64,000 nt of DNA from IMG/VR virus record IMGVR_UViG_3300031159_000070, positions 32,001 to 96,000 of that record; one strand, 5' to 3'. Below the pieces are notes generated by a model, which saw only the letters and a list, made by a program, of their open reading frames with translations, ran no database searches and had not been told where the DNA came from. Origin of the DNA: a virus. Positions within the stretch are counted from its first letter, which is position 1. Every line of letters begins with the position of its first letter. Made by a program: the position numbers and the translations under genes. Shown here one piece after another: positions 9,376-19,067 of this stretch.

Positions 9376-10929
9376 CTATTCGGCGAGGCCGTTGCGCAGG
9401 ATGTCGAACGATCTCTTCGAATAATCGGCAGCGGTTTTCGACGCCGTCGCGCTGGCCGCGGACATCATGCTGACCTGATTAAGGTTATCCTGCATTCCGG
9501 CCACGCGTCTGATGATCTTGTTGCGCGCGTCGAGCAGTTCATAGCTGGTCGCGGCTTCCGAGTTGATATCGAGGCCTCCTTCCAGCAGGCCAATGAACCC
9601 CTCGGCGAACAGCTCGGCCGGCGTCTTCCCTTTGGGCTTGGGCTCGAGCAATTCCATGTGCCGCTTCATGCCGATCGCCGACACATAGAGATTGTCCGCC
9701 GAGATCTTTTCCCTGCCTTCCATCAGCATCGCCATCTTGGCGCGCTCGACCACCTCGCGGATCGTCGCCGGGACGGCGCCGGCCAGCGCTTCGCCGACGC
9801 GGCTCAGGTCCTCCGTCTCATCGAGCAGATCGCGCGCATAAGCGCGGATCAATTCCACGGACGTCGTTTCATCCGGCGGCTGGATGGAGATGATCGCATC
9901 GAAGCGTCCTGGCCTGAGCAATGCCTGATCGATCTTTTCGATGAAGTTCGTCGTCAGGCAGATCATCATCTCCATGTCTTTCGTGACGACGCCGTCGAGC
10001 ATGTTGACGAGATCGTTCACGTTCTCATCCTCGCGGTCGGCTACACGATCGATGTCCTCTGCAAAGACGACGCACGGCTGATAGGTGCGCGCGAACTCGA
10101 TCGCTGCTCTGAGGCCCTGGGCCCGGTTCAGCATGATGAAGGTCCAGCCGTTGTCCGTCGCCACCTTCGCCGTAACCCGGGCCGTCAGCGATTTGCCGGT
10201 GCCATACCGGCCCTCGAGCAAGATGCCGCGTTTGAGCGGGATCTTGTGCTTGCGGCATGCCTCGGTGTGCTTCAACGGCGAGAAGATGTTCGTGCGGATG
10301 AGCGCGGCGGTCTCAGCCGTGTGGATCATGTCGCTCTCGGATACGGCACTCAGATCAATGAACTCGGGCTGCTTATTGATCACGAGGTTGCCGTCTTCGT
10401 CGACGTTGAAGATGACCGCCTTGCCCTTGTAGACGGAGGCTTCCCGCAGGAACCGGCGAGCGCAATTGGCGATCTCGACCAGGATGGCGCGGTCGCGGCG
10501 TCGGACTGTGCCGCGGATGACGACGCCTTCAGGGGTCATGTGCACCTGAACCGGATTTGATACGTTCGGCAGCCGCATCTGGCCCATCGGCACCTGCACG
10601 CGATCGTGCTCGCCGCAGCCGGTGACCACGGTGATGAAGTCTGGCCTGATCTCGCCGAACCAGGTCTGCTGGTTTTCAGCGATGACCACGCCGTAGATCT
10701 CCTGCATGGCGCGATAGACGGCAACCGCGGCATCCCAAGGCGCGCCGGCGACAAGCTCGACAACGTCGTATTCTTGCGATTCCTGATCGCGCACGCGCTC
10801 CAGGGTTTCGATAGCGACGTCGTAATCCATCGGTGCCGGCGTGTCCGGCAGCACGATTTTCTTTCCGCGATGCTCGACCTTGGTGTCGATCTGAGTCCAG
10901 TCTATGCGCGGCTTTTCCTGAATACCCAT
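9376..10929 (-). CDS. AAA+ ATPase
   Basis: Walker A GRYGTGKS, Walker B VVFAEDID, second region of homology TTN...ALLRPGRFD. Confidence 0.92.
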   Translation of the reverse strand: MGIQEKPRIDWTQIDTKVEHRGKKIVLPDTPAPMDYDVAIETLERVRDQESQEYDVVELVAGAPWDAAVAVYRAMQEIYGVVIAENQQTWFGEIRPDFITVVTGCGEHDRVQVPMGQMRLPNVSNPVQVHMTPEGVVIRGTVRRRDRAILVEIANCARRFLREASVYKGKAVIFNVDEDGNLVINKQPEFIDLSAVSESDMIHTAETAALIRTNIFSPLKHTEACRKHKIPLKRGILLEGRYGTGKSLTARVTAKVATDNGWTFIMLNRAQGLRAAIEFARTYQPCVVFAEDIDRVADREDENVNDLVNMLDGVVTKDMEMMICLTTNFIEKIDQALLRPGRFDAIISIQPPDETTSVELIRAYARDLLDETEDLSRVGEALAGAVPATIREVVERAKMAMLMEGREKISADNLYVSAIGMKRHMELLEPKPKGKTPAELFAEGFIGLLEGGLDINSEAATSYELLDARNKIIRRVAGMQDNLNQVSMMSAASATASKTAADYSKRSFDILRNGLAE

Positions 10930-11017
10930 TTATTCCTCGTGTTTTGCGGCTTTCGATTTGATTATTGACTGCGAAACGATTGCAGCCATCAATGCAGGCT
11001 CGTTTCCTCCTTTCTCG

Positions 11018-11281
11018 TCATGAAGTTATCTGCTTTTGTTCCTTACGCTGCTCTCGGACATCCCAGATGTATCCGAGGTACTTGCGGCAGTTGGAACAGT
11101 AGGCGTCATGGCCGCTTGTGTAATACGTCTTGTGCGGGCACCGTGACTGGCGGCGCTCAAGTCTCCAGCCAGCGATGGCGGCGTAGACGAAGAGGGCGAT
11201 CAAAAGCAGCGCGATCACCAGGAGCGGCGCGACGATATTCCAGCCGATCCAGGCCCAAACGGCATTCCACATCCACTGCAT
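11018..11281 (-). CDS. Membrane-anchored Zn-ribbon protein
   Basis: N-terminal TM; CPH...CSNC. Confidence 0.6.
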   Translation of the reverse strand: MQWMWNAVWAWIGWNIVAPLLVIALLLIALFVYAAIAGWRLERRQSRCPHKTYYTSGHDAYCSNCRKYLGYIWDVREQRKEQKQITS

Positions 11282-11519
11282 TTAGTTCTGCCTCAGCTTC
11301 CAGGTTGCGATGGCCGCGTAAATGATGAGCCCGACAACCAAGATGATCGGAAGCGAAAGCAGAGCGATCACGTCCCAGGTGAGCCAGAACCAGATCCAAT
11401 CCATGATCCTTCCCTTCCGCGCGTTGTGCCGGCGGGTGCCTGGCGGATAGGCGCCCGCCGGCTTCGGCAGGCGGATCGAGGGGAAAACGCCTGCCGGTCA
11501 CCGCCTTGCGGCGGGACCT

Positions 11520-11798
11520 CTACTGGATCGTGCGCTGTTTGAGTGCCGCCTTGCGGGTCTTGCGCACGACCTTCTCGTCGAGTTTCATGATCTCTTCGTC
11601 GCCGATATCGTGCGGCATGTCGTCGGCGCTCTCGTAGGGATAGGCGATTTTGTTGATCTCGTTGAGTTTCTCATTCAGAGACTTGAATTTCTCCACCTGC
11701 TCGCGCACGAATTTGCTGCGACCCTGTTTTTTCCAGTGACCGATGGCATATGTGACGGCTTCTTGCGCCAGTGCGATGTCATTGCCTGTCAGTTTCAT
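11520..11798 (-). CDS. Hypothetical protein
   Basis: GAGG SD, co-oriented. Confidence 0.65.
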   Translation of the reverse strand: MKLTGNDIALAQEAVTYAIGHWKKQGRSKFVREQVEKFKSLNEKLNEINKIAYPYESADDMPHDIGDEEIMKLDEKVVRKTRKAALKQRTIQ

Positions 11799-11801
11799 GG
11801 G

Positions 11802-12227
11802 TCACCTCTTTTCGATCTCAGTCTCATCAGACTTGCTGTCACCATGGAGCGCCTTGTGCGCCTTTCTCATCGCCGCTTCCCACGCCGCGGCGTCGCGCAT
11901 GAGCGGTGGTCCGTTTTGCACGGCCATCAGCTCCTCGAGCGCCTCCTTGAGTTCAAGGACGGCGTTGAGAACCAGGAAATCTTCTGCTTTGCCGCGATTG
12001 GTCAGGGTTTCTTCGGGCACGCGGCGCGCGCGGAACTTCACGCGATACCTGGGCGATTGCATCTCTTCGTAGGCGTATGATCCGTCAGGCAAATGCCTCA
12101 ACGTCCGAAATACCTGGAACTGCAGCTCGTGCACCAGGCCACAGTCGCAGCACACCATGGTGTAAGACGACATTTCCGGCTGGATCCATTCCGTCCAGTC
12201 GGCCTCGTTTTCGACGTCGTGCTTCAT
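11802..12227 (-). CDS. Hypothetical protein
   Basis: WTEWIQP...CCDCGLVH motif. Confidence 0.7.
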   Translation of the reverse strand: MKHDVENEADWTEWIQPEMSSYTMVCCDCGLVHELQFQVFRTLRHLPDGSYAYEEMQSPRYRVKFRARRVPEETLTNRGKAEDFLVLNAVLELKEALEELMAVQNGPPLMRDAAAWEAAMRKAHKALHGDSKSDETEIEKR

Positions 12228-12457
12228 TCCTCGAATCCCGCCAGCTCTCGGGAGCGCCGCACGGCGTAGTCATCCGGCTTGCCGCCGCTGTTTTCGTAGA
12301 GACGGCCGCACTGTTCCTCGCGAAGGCAAAACGGCGGTGATTGCCAGATGCCGATCATCTCGGTGCGCGCGCAGATCTCAGTGACCGGAAAGCCGTTGAT
12401 GCAGTAGCCGTTGACGAGCGCGCTGCAGGGGATGAAGCGTTCCTGCCGGTTCATCAC
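12224..12457 (-). CDS. Hypothetical protein
   Basis: 4-nt overlaps with both neighbours. Confidence 0.5.
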   Translation of the reverse strand: MMNRQERFIPCSALVNGYCINGFPVTEICARTEMIGIWQSPPFCLREEQCGRLYENSGGKPDDYAVRRSRELAGFEE

Positions 12458-12735
12458 TTGACCTCGAAAACGTGCATCACCAGCTTGCCGCCGAACAGCA
12501 GACCAGTGCCGATGTAGCGGCCCTCAGGCGCCGGCTCGCCGGTGCCACAGATCTCGATCTTGCGTTTCGTCCTCGGGGCATAGGGATCGCAGAGATACCA
12601 GACAGCCAGCGTATTGCCCTGCTCACGTGCGCACAGAAACTCCGCGCCGTCCGGCGCTTCGATCTCCTGGTATCGCTCCGGCGTCAGGAGCGATTTCCAG
12701 ACCGTTTTCAGCGGTTCAGACTTGCCGGTGCTCAT
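12454..12735 (-). CDS. Conserved small phage protein
   Basis: TVWK...P.GAEFL...ICGTG...YIGT...LVMHVFE. Confidence 0.75.
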   Translation of the reverse strand: MSTGKSEPLKTVWKSLLTPERYQEIEAPDGAEFLCAREQGNTLAVWYLCDPYAPRTKRKIEICGTGEPAPEGRYIGTGLLFGGKLVMHVFEVK

Positions 12736-12983
12736 TCTATGGTCACGCCGAGCGCGGCGAGCTCCTGATTGACGTCAGCGAGTTCGGCGTCGACCAATAC
12801 TGTGAGCTGCTCTTGCGCTGTTGCGTGGCGCTCTGTGCTCAACAGCGTGGCGAGGCCGCGAGAGGTGCCCTGCACCTGCTCCACACTGATGATGCAGGTG
12901 CCCGCGAGAACAGTCTTCACCGCGAGCAGCTCTTCGCGCTTTTCCTTCAGTTTTGTGACCTTTTGCAAATCCGATAGCTTCAT
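12732..12983 (-). CDS. Hypothetical protein
   Basis: Coupled ORF ending ELAALGVTIE. Confidence 0.6.
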   Translation of the reverse strand: MKLSDLQKVTKLKEKREELLAVKTVLAGTCIISVEQVQGTSRGLATLLSTERHATAQEQLTVLVDAELADVNQELAALGVTIE

Positions 12984-12986
12984 CGT

Positions 12987-13277
12987 TCAACCCTGAGACT
13001 TGAGTTTATCAACCAGCGCGCGCCGTCGCGCATCGGCCTGGAACGCGCGCACCTTTATCTGATACGGTGCCTTTGCCCGCGCCCATTCGAGCACGGCGAT
13101 GAGATCGGGATGCTCAAGGTACATCTGGACTTGCTGGCGAAGGTTCGCTGCTGGCATGGGCGGTTTGGCCCGGGCCTGCTTACGGCGCGCCTCAGCCTGG
13201 CGCCGGCGCAGCTCCAGCTGCAACGAGTCAGGCGGAAAGAACAAGTCGTGCGTTGATCGTGAAGTGGCGCGAACCAT
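12987..13277 (-). CDS. Hypothetical basic protein
   Basis: Co-oriented and tightly packed. Confidence 0.5.
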   Translation of the reverse strand: MVRATSRSTHDLFFPPDSLQLELRRRQAEARRKQARAKPPMPAANLRQQVQMYLEHPDLIAVLEWARAKAPYQIKVRAFQADARRRALVDKLKSQG

Positions 13278-13284
13278 TGCAGGT

Positions 13285-13611
13285 CTATAGATGGTGGTTG
13301 GCGACGTCGTTGATCGCGTATTCCCAGAGCGCGTGGAGCTTCGGCGTGAACCTTTGCATCGATGGCGCCGTCTTGTCCGGTGGCGTCACATTTACGAACG
13401 CGGTTGTGAGTATACTGATCGATGCTCCTGCGCTTGCCAGGAGCATATGGTACGGATCAGTCCCGCGGTTCTTCTCGTCGTCGAACCACTTGAAGAACGC
13501 ATTCATCACTTCCTTTGCGCACCGGCCCTGAGCAGCCGTGATCGGGTCTTTGCTCATGGATGCGTCGTGAATCTTCTCCAGCGACTCGATTAAATCGCCT
13601 CTGATGGTCAT
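13285..13611 (-). CDS. Hypothetical protein
   Basis: Start MTIRGD with GGAGG SD, downstream of promoter at 13643-13671. Confidence 0.65.
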   Translation of the reverse strand: MTIRGDLIESLEKIHDASMSKDPITAAQGRCAKEVMNAFFKWFDDEKNRGTDPYHMLLASAGASISILTTAFVNVTPPDKTAPSMQRFTPKLHALWEYAINDVANHHL

Positions 13612-13642
13612 CGCCCGGCCTCCGTCTAGCTTCGTGAGAAGC

Positions 13643-13671
13643 AGCCTAGTTGCACTAGACAATGTTGTCAC
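13643..13671 (-). promoter_or_regulatory. Sigma70-like promoter overlapped by palindromic operator
   Basis: GTGACA-N17-TAGGCT on minus strand; GCCTAG-N5-CTAGAC at 13644-13660. Confidence 0.55.
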
Positions 13672-13681
13672 ACAAAAGCCA

Positions 13682-13903
13682 TTACGTTTCCACCGCGATC
13701 TCGCGCTCGATCTCGGCGACATCACGCAGCGGCACGGATGGATCGTGAGGTAACGGCTTGAACCACAGGCATTGCTGCCAGCCTTCTTCGCGCGGGAACG
13801 TGCCGAAGGCCTGCCATTCATTAGGCGCCGCGCGATAGCGATAGCACTTGGCGCGGCTCGGGCAGTCGTGGTCTCGGCACAGCGAGATGTCGGGCATTAT
13901 CAC
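13682..13903 (-). CDS. Small Cys-rich phage protein
   Basis: MPDISLC...CPSRAKCYRY. Confidence 0.65.
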   Translation of the reverse strand: MIMPDISLCRDHDCPSRAKCYRYRAAPNEWQAFGTFPREEGWQQCLWFKPLPHDPSVPLRDVAEIEREIAVET

Positions 13904-14145
13904 CTCACGTCGTAGTAAACCCGCTTCAGCGGCACGCCATAGGCTGCGCCCTCCAAGCGGACGGCCGCGGTGCAGGCGACGTACTGATCCGTGTTTCCGT
14001 CGCGCCTGAAAACCCAGGTGTCGAAAATGATGACGTCGGGCAGCTCGCCCGATTCATCGAGCACGATCTCGAATCCTACCACGCAAGGATGTTCGGGCGT
14101 TTCGCGCAGTTTGACGATGACGCGCTTGGAGTCGAGGATCGTCAT
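13900..14145 (-). CDS. Hypothetical protein
   Basis: Start MTILDS with GGAG SD. Confidence 0.55.
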   Translation of the reverse strand: MTILDSKRVIVKLRETPEHPCVVGFEIVLDESGELPDVIIFDTWVFRRDGNTDQYVACTAAVRLEGAAYGVPLKRVYYDVR

Positions 14146-14149
14146 GGGT

Positions 14150-14686
14150 TTACTCTCCCGTTGCCCATTCTGGCGTGATGTCGATTTCGAGCGAGCGGTC
14201 GCGGTGCCATTCGAGCGAGCGGATATTGCCGTTTTCGTCAGTCTCAAAGCGGCGCCAATATTGGAGCACCTGGCGCGGCTCGGAGTTCATGGTCGGTCCG
14301 GCAGGGCAACAGCCGATGTTCGGCGGATCCCCGTAGTGGAGACACTTCTCGCGAATGGAATCGGCGAGCGTCCGCTTCCATGCGCGATTGAGCACCTCCT
14401 TGCGCATGGCCTCGAGTTCTTCCTTGGTCTGCGGCAGTCGCTTTTCGATCTCGATCAGAAGCAGGCGTTCTATGCTGCTTATCTTCTCCGAGGGGCCGAA
14501 AGAGAACGCCACTCGGAACTCGTGCCCGCAGCCTTGGCAGGTGATGAGCACGAGCGCCGCTTCCTCGGCGTAGATATCGGCGAGATCGTTCGGGCGGAAA
14601 CTCCTATAGCGCGGCACGCCATGCTCATCCCACCATATCGGGCGCTGGGCGATGCGTGAGCGGATGTCGTCATAGTCATGCAGCAT
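14150..14686 (-). CDS. Hypothetical Zn-ribbon protein
   Basis: WWDEHGVPRY; CQGCG; LHYGDPP. Confidence 0.7.
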   Translation of the reverse strand: MLHDYDDIRSRIAQRPIWWDEHGVPRYRSFRPNDLADIYAEEAALVLITCQGCGHEFRVAFSFGPSEKISSIERLLLIEIEKRLPQTKEELEAMRKEVLNRAWKRTLADSIREKCLHYGDPPNIGCCPAGPTMNSEPRQVLQYWRRFETDENGNIRSLEWHRDRSLEIDITPEWATGE

Positions 14687-14689
14687 GGC

Positions 14690-16039
14690 TCAGTCCTTCC
14701 AGGGATCTACTTCGCCGCTGCCGGCCATCACGACAACGAACGGCCGCAGCCGGTGCAGCACGCGCACAGATGCGTGGTGATGGGAGAGCACCGAGTCCAA
14801 TCTGCGATAGGCCATCGGGCTTTCGTCGAGATCGCCGCCGATCAGCGTCACCCCGCGGCCCCTCAGCCAGGCCTCCATCTCTTCGCGCTGGAAGCGGCGC
14901 TTGGCTTCCTTGCGGCCCATCACGCGGCCAGCGCCGTGCACCGTGGAGTAAAGGCCGGCTTTTGCTTCCGGGCTGTCGATGCCTTCGAGGATCACGGCAT
15001 CGTCGCCCATGCTGCCGCCGACAAAGCCACGCTGGCCAGGGAAGGCGGGTGTTGCACCTTTGCGCACCACCCACAGGTTTCTGCCGCCGTGCGATTCTCT
15101 GAAGGCCCAGTTGTGATGATTGTGCACGCTGTCGATGATCCTGCCGCCGATGATCTGGCGCACGCGATCGACCACCCACTCGCGGCCGGCATAGGCGTAG
15201 CGGCCGGCGAGCGTCATGGCTGCGATGTATCGCTGGCCGATCTCGCTGCGCTCATCAACGACCGTGGGCGGCACGTTGATGCCATCCTTCCCGCCGGCGA
15301 GCTTCAGATAGCGCGTCGCCGTCGTGTGACCGAGACCGCGGCTGCCGAAGTGCACGCCGATCCAGACGTGGCCAGCCTCATCCTCGAACAGATCGACGTA
15401 ATGATTGCCGGATCCCACCGTGCCGAGCTGGGCCCACGCCTTCTGGCGATAGTCCTCCATGCCAGAGGCTTTCCAGGCGTCGTCATCGTCGAATAGCTCA
15501 TGCGCGACGCGCTCATTATTGGCGCGGCCGACGCCGAAAGAGATCGTCTTTGCGATGTCCTGGGCGATGGGTTGAACGCGGTCCTTGATGTCGGCAAAGC
15601 GCGTATCGAGCTTTACGGCCATGTTCCCGCAGCCGATATCGAATCCCACCCCGCTGATGGAGATCTGACCTTCGTAAGCGATCACGCCGCCGACGGGCTG
15701 GGCATACCCAAGATGGCCGTCTGCGCACAGGACGCCGGCGACGGTGTTGCCGACCTTCATGCAATTGCGCATCTGCTGGATCGTGCCATGCTCGTGCTGG
15801 CCTAGCACGGTGAGCGGGCTGTTCTGGTATTCCGGGCGCTGCTCGAGCGTCCTGCCCAAGGCTTCCGCCTCGCGTGCGTTGTGCTCCTCGCGGGCAGCTT
15901 GCCGATAAAGGCACCACGCCGGCATGGTGCGGTGGCTGCCCGGCATCGGCACGCGATCGTCCGGGTTCTTTCCATCGGCAATGGCGAGTTCTCGCGCGCG
16001 AGCTTCGAACGGATCGGCGCGGCGGCCTTTCTTTGTCAT
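14690..16039 (-). CDS. rtcB: RtcB RNA ligase
   Basis: DGHLGY, GFDIGCG, LGTVGSGNHY, HFGSRG, HNHHN, RKGATP, HGAGR, DESPMAYR. Confidence 0.95.
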   Translation of the reverse strand: MTKKGRRADPFEARARELAIADGKNPDDRVPMPGSHRTMPAWCLYRQAAREEHNAREAEALGRTLEQRPEYQNSPLTVLGQHEHGTIQQMRNCMKVGNTVAGVLCADGHLGYAQPVGGVIAYEGQISISGVGFDIGCGNMAVKLDTRFADIKDRVQPIAQDIAKTISFGVGRANNERVAHELFDDDDAWKASGMEDYRQKAWAQLGTVGSGNHYVDLFEDEAGHVWIGVHFGSRGLGHTTATRYLKLAGGKDGINVPPTVVDERSEIGQRYIAAMTLAGRYAYAGREWVVDRVRQIIGGRIIDSVHNHHNWAFRESHGGRNLWVVRKGATPAFPGQRGFVGGSMGDDAVILEGIDSPEAKAGLYSTVHGAGRVMGRKEAKRRFQREEMEAWLRGRGVTLIGGDLDESPMAYRRLDSVLSHHHASVRVLHRLRPFVVVMAGSGEVDPWKD

Positions 16040-16057
16040 GGCTCCAGTCCGTTTGAA

Positions 16058-16270
16058 TTAAGCTGGTGTCGGCTCAGCCTTCGCGAAGCCGATGATGCCG
16101 GTGCCGTCGTCGTCGAGCTGGCCGTCGAGATAGTGCTTGCCCTCGTCGCAAATGACGTAGAGTCCGTGCTCATCCTCGCGCACCTTGCACCGTCCGTTCT
16201 CGGTAAGGCAGGTAAAGCCGCCGTCGGCGATCAGCACGTCGCCCGGTTTCACGTCTTCCAGTCTCGTCAT
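16058..16270 (-). CDS. Hypothetical protein
   Basis: ADGGFTCL...CDEGKHYLDGQ; GAGGAG SD. Confidence 0.7.
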   Translation of the reverse strand: MTRLEDVKPGDVLIADGGFTCLTENGRCKVREDEHGLYVICDEGKHYLDGQLDDDGTGIIGFAKAEPTPA

Positions 16271-16280
16271 AGTGGTCTCC

Positions 16281-16586
16281 TCAGAAGATCCAGCTCAAGA
16301 AGATCAGAAGGCCGTGGAACCATCCAATCGGTGGAACAACCAGGCCGAAGATCAGGATGGCGAGCATGATCGCGCGTTCGGCCATCAGGCAGTAGGCGAT
16401 GTGCAGCAGGAACGGGCCGAAGATGATCGTCGGCACGATGATGATGAAACTCCAGACGATGAGCGCATCTCTCCAGGTGCGCACGTTGCTGGCGCGATAT
16501 TTCACCTCGCTGAACCAGCGCCGGGCCTTGCGGAGGATGCGCTTGTGCCAGGGGAAAGTGTCGTCGTAGTCGAGGGTCTGGACCAT
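16281..16586 (-). CDS. Membrane protein
   Basis: Two to three TM segments; PPIGWFHG. Confidence 0.65.
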   Translation of the reverse strand: MVQTLDYDDTFPWHKRILRKARRWFSEVKYRASNVRTWRDALIVWSFIIIVPTIIFGPFLLHIAYCLMAERAIMLAILIFGLVVPPIGWFHGLLIFLSWIF

Positions 16587-16598
16587 TTCTGGCTCCGC

Positions 16599-16841
16599 TC
16601 AAAGCAATTCGATGAGGTGCTCGTAAACCTTCTCGCGCTGCGCATAGTCTTCGAAGAACCAGATCGCCGATGGCACGCCAACGAACTCGATCGCCGGCAA
16701 GGCTTTCACATCGCCTGAGACACAGCGCAGCTCCTGTGTCGTGCGCCGAAACGTGACAAAGCGGGCAGGGTTCACCGGCGTGTTATCGACTGGCACGCCG
16801 GCGATTTTCGGCTGAACCGGGCAGGAAATGAATCGGTGCAT
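16599..16841 (-). CDS. Hypothetical protein
   Basis: GAGGG SD, co-oriented. Confidence 0.55.
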   Translation of the reverse strand: MHRFISCPVQPKIAGVPVDNTPVNPARFVTFRRTTQELRCVSGDVKALPAIEFVGVPSAIWFFEDYAQREKVYEHLIELL

Positions 16842-16848
16842 CGGTCCC

Positions 16849-17211
16849 TCACGTTCTATAGGGGCTCATGAAAAGGCAGTAGGTGCGGCCTTCGATTTCG
16901 ACGGTTTCGAACGGGCCGTCGCCGGGAAAGGCCTCGTCTGGGAAAAGATCAGCGATTGCCTCGACAGGCACCTGCTCAGTCGTCGTCGGCACATAGCCAA
17001 GCTCGCGCGCACGTCCTGGCGAAACGGCAAGCTCCGTCTCGAGCATCTCGACCTGATAAGCTTCGAGGTGATGGTGCACACCGCCGATTGTCAGCGTGGC
17101 GATGAGCTTGGCTTTGGGGTCATCATCGGGCCCGCACGGACTCCAAGTGATCCGATCAAGAGAGATTTTGACCGGGGTCTCATATTCACGGTGATCAGGC
17201 GCGATGGGCAT
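16849..17211 (-). CDS. Hypothetical protein
   Basis: Start MPIAPD with AGGAG SD. Confidence 0.6.
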   Translation of the reverse strand: MPIAPDHREYETPVKISLDRITWSPCGPDDDPKAKLIATLTIGGVHHHLEAYQVEMLETELAVSPGRARELGYVPTTTEQVPVEAIADLFPDEAFPGDGPFETVEIEGRTYCLFMSPYRT

Positions 17212-17468
17212 CAGATCTCGTCTCCTCTCCGGCGGGCGATGTCCTTGGCGCCGGAAACCCAAAGATTGAGGGCAGCCCACAGCGGCATCGCCTGTTTCAT
17301 GGTTTCGCGTGCCTCTCGTGTTTCAAAGCTTTGCGCCGCATCGTCCTCGCGCTCGATCTCTTTCATGCGGTGCTCGGCGTATCCGAGCAGCAGCTCGAGC
17401 GCGCGGACCTGACGGGCAGAGAGCGGGATGTCGAGGCGGTAGCGGTAGGTCCTCGCCGGATCAAGCAT
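17211..17468 (-). CDS. Hypothetical protein
   Basis: Start MLDPAR, coupled to upstream ORF. Confidence 0.55.
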   Translation of the reverse strand: MLDPARTYRYRLDIPLSARQVRALELLLGYAEHRMKEIEREDDAAQSFETREARETMKQAMPLWAALNLWVSGAKDIARRRGDEI

Positions 17469-17641
17469 CGGCTTCCTCGTTGATCCGCGTGATTTCGAGC
17501 AGGTCGGAGCCGGCCACCTCGCCATTGCGATATGGATGCGGCTCACCTTCGCCTTCGCAGAACTTCTCCCAAGCTTCGTCTTCGTTGGCCGCTTCGACGG
17601 TGCGCACCACGTGAACGTGCTGCAGCTCACGGATCAGGAAT

Positions 17642-18001
17642 TTAGGCATCGCCCGGCTCCTCCTCTTCATCGGGGATGCCGAACAGTTCGCGTGCCTGCT
17701 GCGTCAGCGTGGGATGGTTCTTCAGGCTGTCTCTGTGGTCGCCGGTCTCGCGCAGGTAATCGACCTCGTTGATCAGTCGAGCGATGATGTCCCACGTCTC
17801 CCGGTCGCCAGAGCTGATGCGGTCGCACAGAGCATCGATTTCGACGTTGACCATCTCCTCGAACTCGCCATTGCCGGTGGCGATGTTCGTTATGTGCTCT
17901 GGTTCGAAGCTGCTCAGTCCACGGACCTGTCGCAGCCGCAGCCCGGCAAGAACCGTTGCGAGTTCGCGGCGGTTGAGGCGAATGGTGGTGATCTCACGCA
18001 T
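17642..18001 (-). CDS. Hypothetical protein
   Basis: RELATVLAGLR...EIDALCDRI; GAGGAG SD. Confidence 0.6.
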   Translation of the reverse strand: MREITTIRLNRRELATVLAGLRLRQVRGLSSFEPEHITNIATGNGEFEEMVNVEIDALCDRISSGDRETWDIIARLINEVDYLRETGDHRDSLKNHPTLTQQARELFGIPDEEEEPGDA

Positions 18002-18509
18002 CGGCCGGCTCCTCATGATACCACTCGGTCGTGCCTTCCTCTGGCTTGACGCCGATCTCGCGCAGTGCAGCGCGGACTTTCTCGGCCGCGTGATAGAGAC
18101 CGGCGTCATAGGCCAGCGACTCGTATTGATCTGGATCGAGATCCGGCATGTCCTCGAGCTCCGGCACTTCCGGTTTCGGCGCCATGCGGCTCACTTCCTG
18201 GCAGGCTTTGATCAGGCGCTCAAGCTCCGGCGGCTTCAGGCCTTTCCAGATCTCGAGCATGCCATCGCAGCAAACGTCGTTTTTCGAGAGAACCGGCTCG
18301 TCTGATGCGTAGTGTTCGCCATCCTCGTAGCGAAAGACTTCGTGCGCGAAGACGTTCTCGCTCGGATCGTTTGCCTCATGGAGAAAATCGATCCCTGGTC
18401 CGTAGTTCCCGAACCTTTCGATCTTCTCGCAGGCGTCTTCCGGCGTGTTGGCGTCGACGTTGTAGACGCGGCAGCCGACGTAATACTGGTAGACTCGGTA
18501 TTTGGGCAT
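17994..18509 (-). CDS. Hypothetical acidic protein
   Basis: GAGG SD; coupled downstream. Confidence 0.65.
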   Translation of the reverse strand: MPKYRVYQYYVGCRVYNVDANTPEDACEKIERFGNYGPGIDFLHEANDPSENVFAHEVFRYEDGEHYASDEPVLSKNDVCCDGMLEIWKGLKPPELERLIKACQEVSRMAPKPEVPELEDMPDLDPDQYESLAYDAGLYHAAEKVRAALREIGVKPEEGTTEWYHEEPADA

Positions 18510-18512
18510 GGT

Positions 18513-19067
18513 TTACCTCGCTGCCTCGACCGCGAGGGCCTCAATCATGTCGCCAACAACGGTGCCTTCCTGATCTTCGTCGAGCTGGTAGCCCTCAAAG
18601 CTCAGAATGCCGACCGTCAGATCGCCCGGGTCTCGCCTGTAGGAGATCCGGCAAAACGGCTTGTCGAACCATTCCTCGGGAATGCCTGGGGTGTGGAAGT
18701 CTTCTGGCAGGGTCACCTCGCGCTCGCGCGCCAGCGCGTTTTCGATAGCGTCGCTAACCCCGTTGGTGCGTTCCATTTCGCGCGCGAAATACTCTTCGTT
18801 GGTCAGAATTTCGATGTGCAGCGGCTCAGGCGCGCAACCGCGCGCAATGCTTGCGTTCGTGTTCCAGCCTTGCAGCGCGCGCTCGACGATCTGTCGGAAA
18901 TTGACGTCGTTGCGATCGCACCAGTGGCCGATGCATTCGATTAGATCCTCGGCCGCATCAGCGATGTTCTCGCCGCCGACCGCATGAAGAAAGCTCTGCA
19001 GGGTGTCTTCGGCATACCCGGCGCGCTGCTTTGGCGTGATAACGCGCGCTAAGTCTTCAACGGCCAT
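18513..19067 (-). CDS. Hypothetical protein
   Basis: Start MAVEDL with ACGGAGAG SD. Confidence 0.65.
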   Translation of the reverse strand: MAVEDLARVITPKQRAGYAEDTLQSFLHAVGGENIADAAEDLIECIGHWCDRNDVNFRQIVERALQGWNTNASIARGCAPEPLHIEILTNEEYFAREMERTNGVSDAIENALAREREVTLPEDFHTPGIPEEWFDKPFCRISYRRDPGDLTVGILSFEGYQLDEDQEGTVVGDMIEALAVEAAR

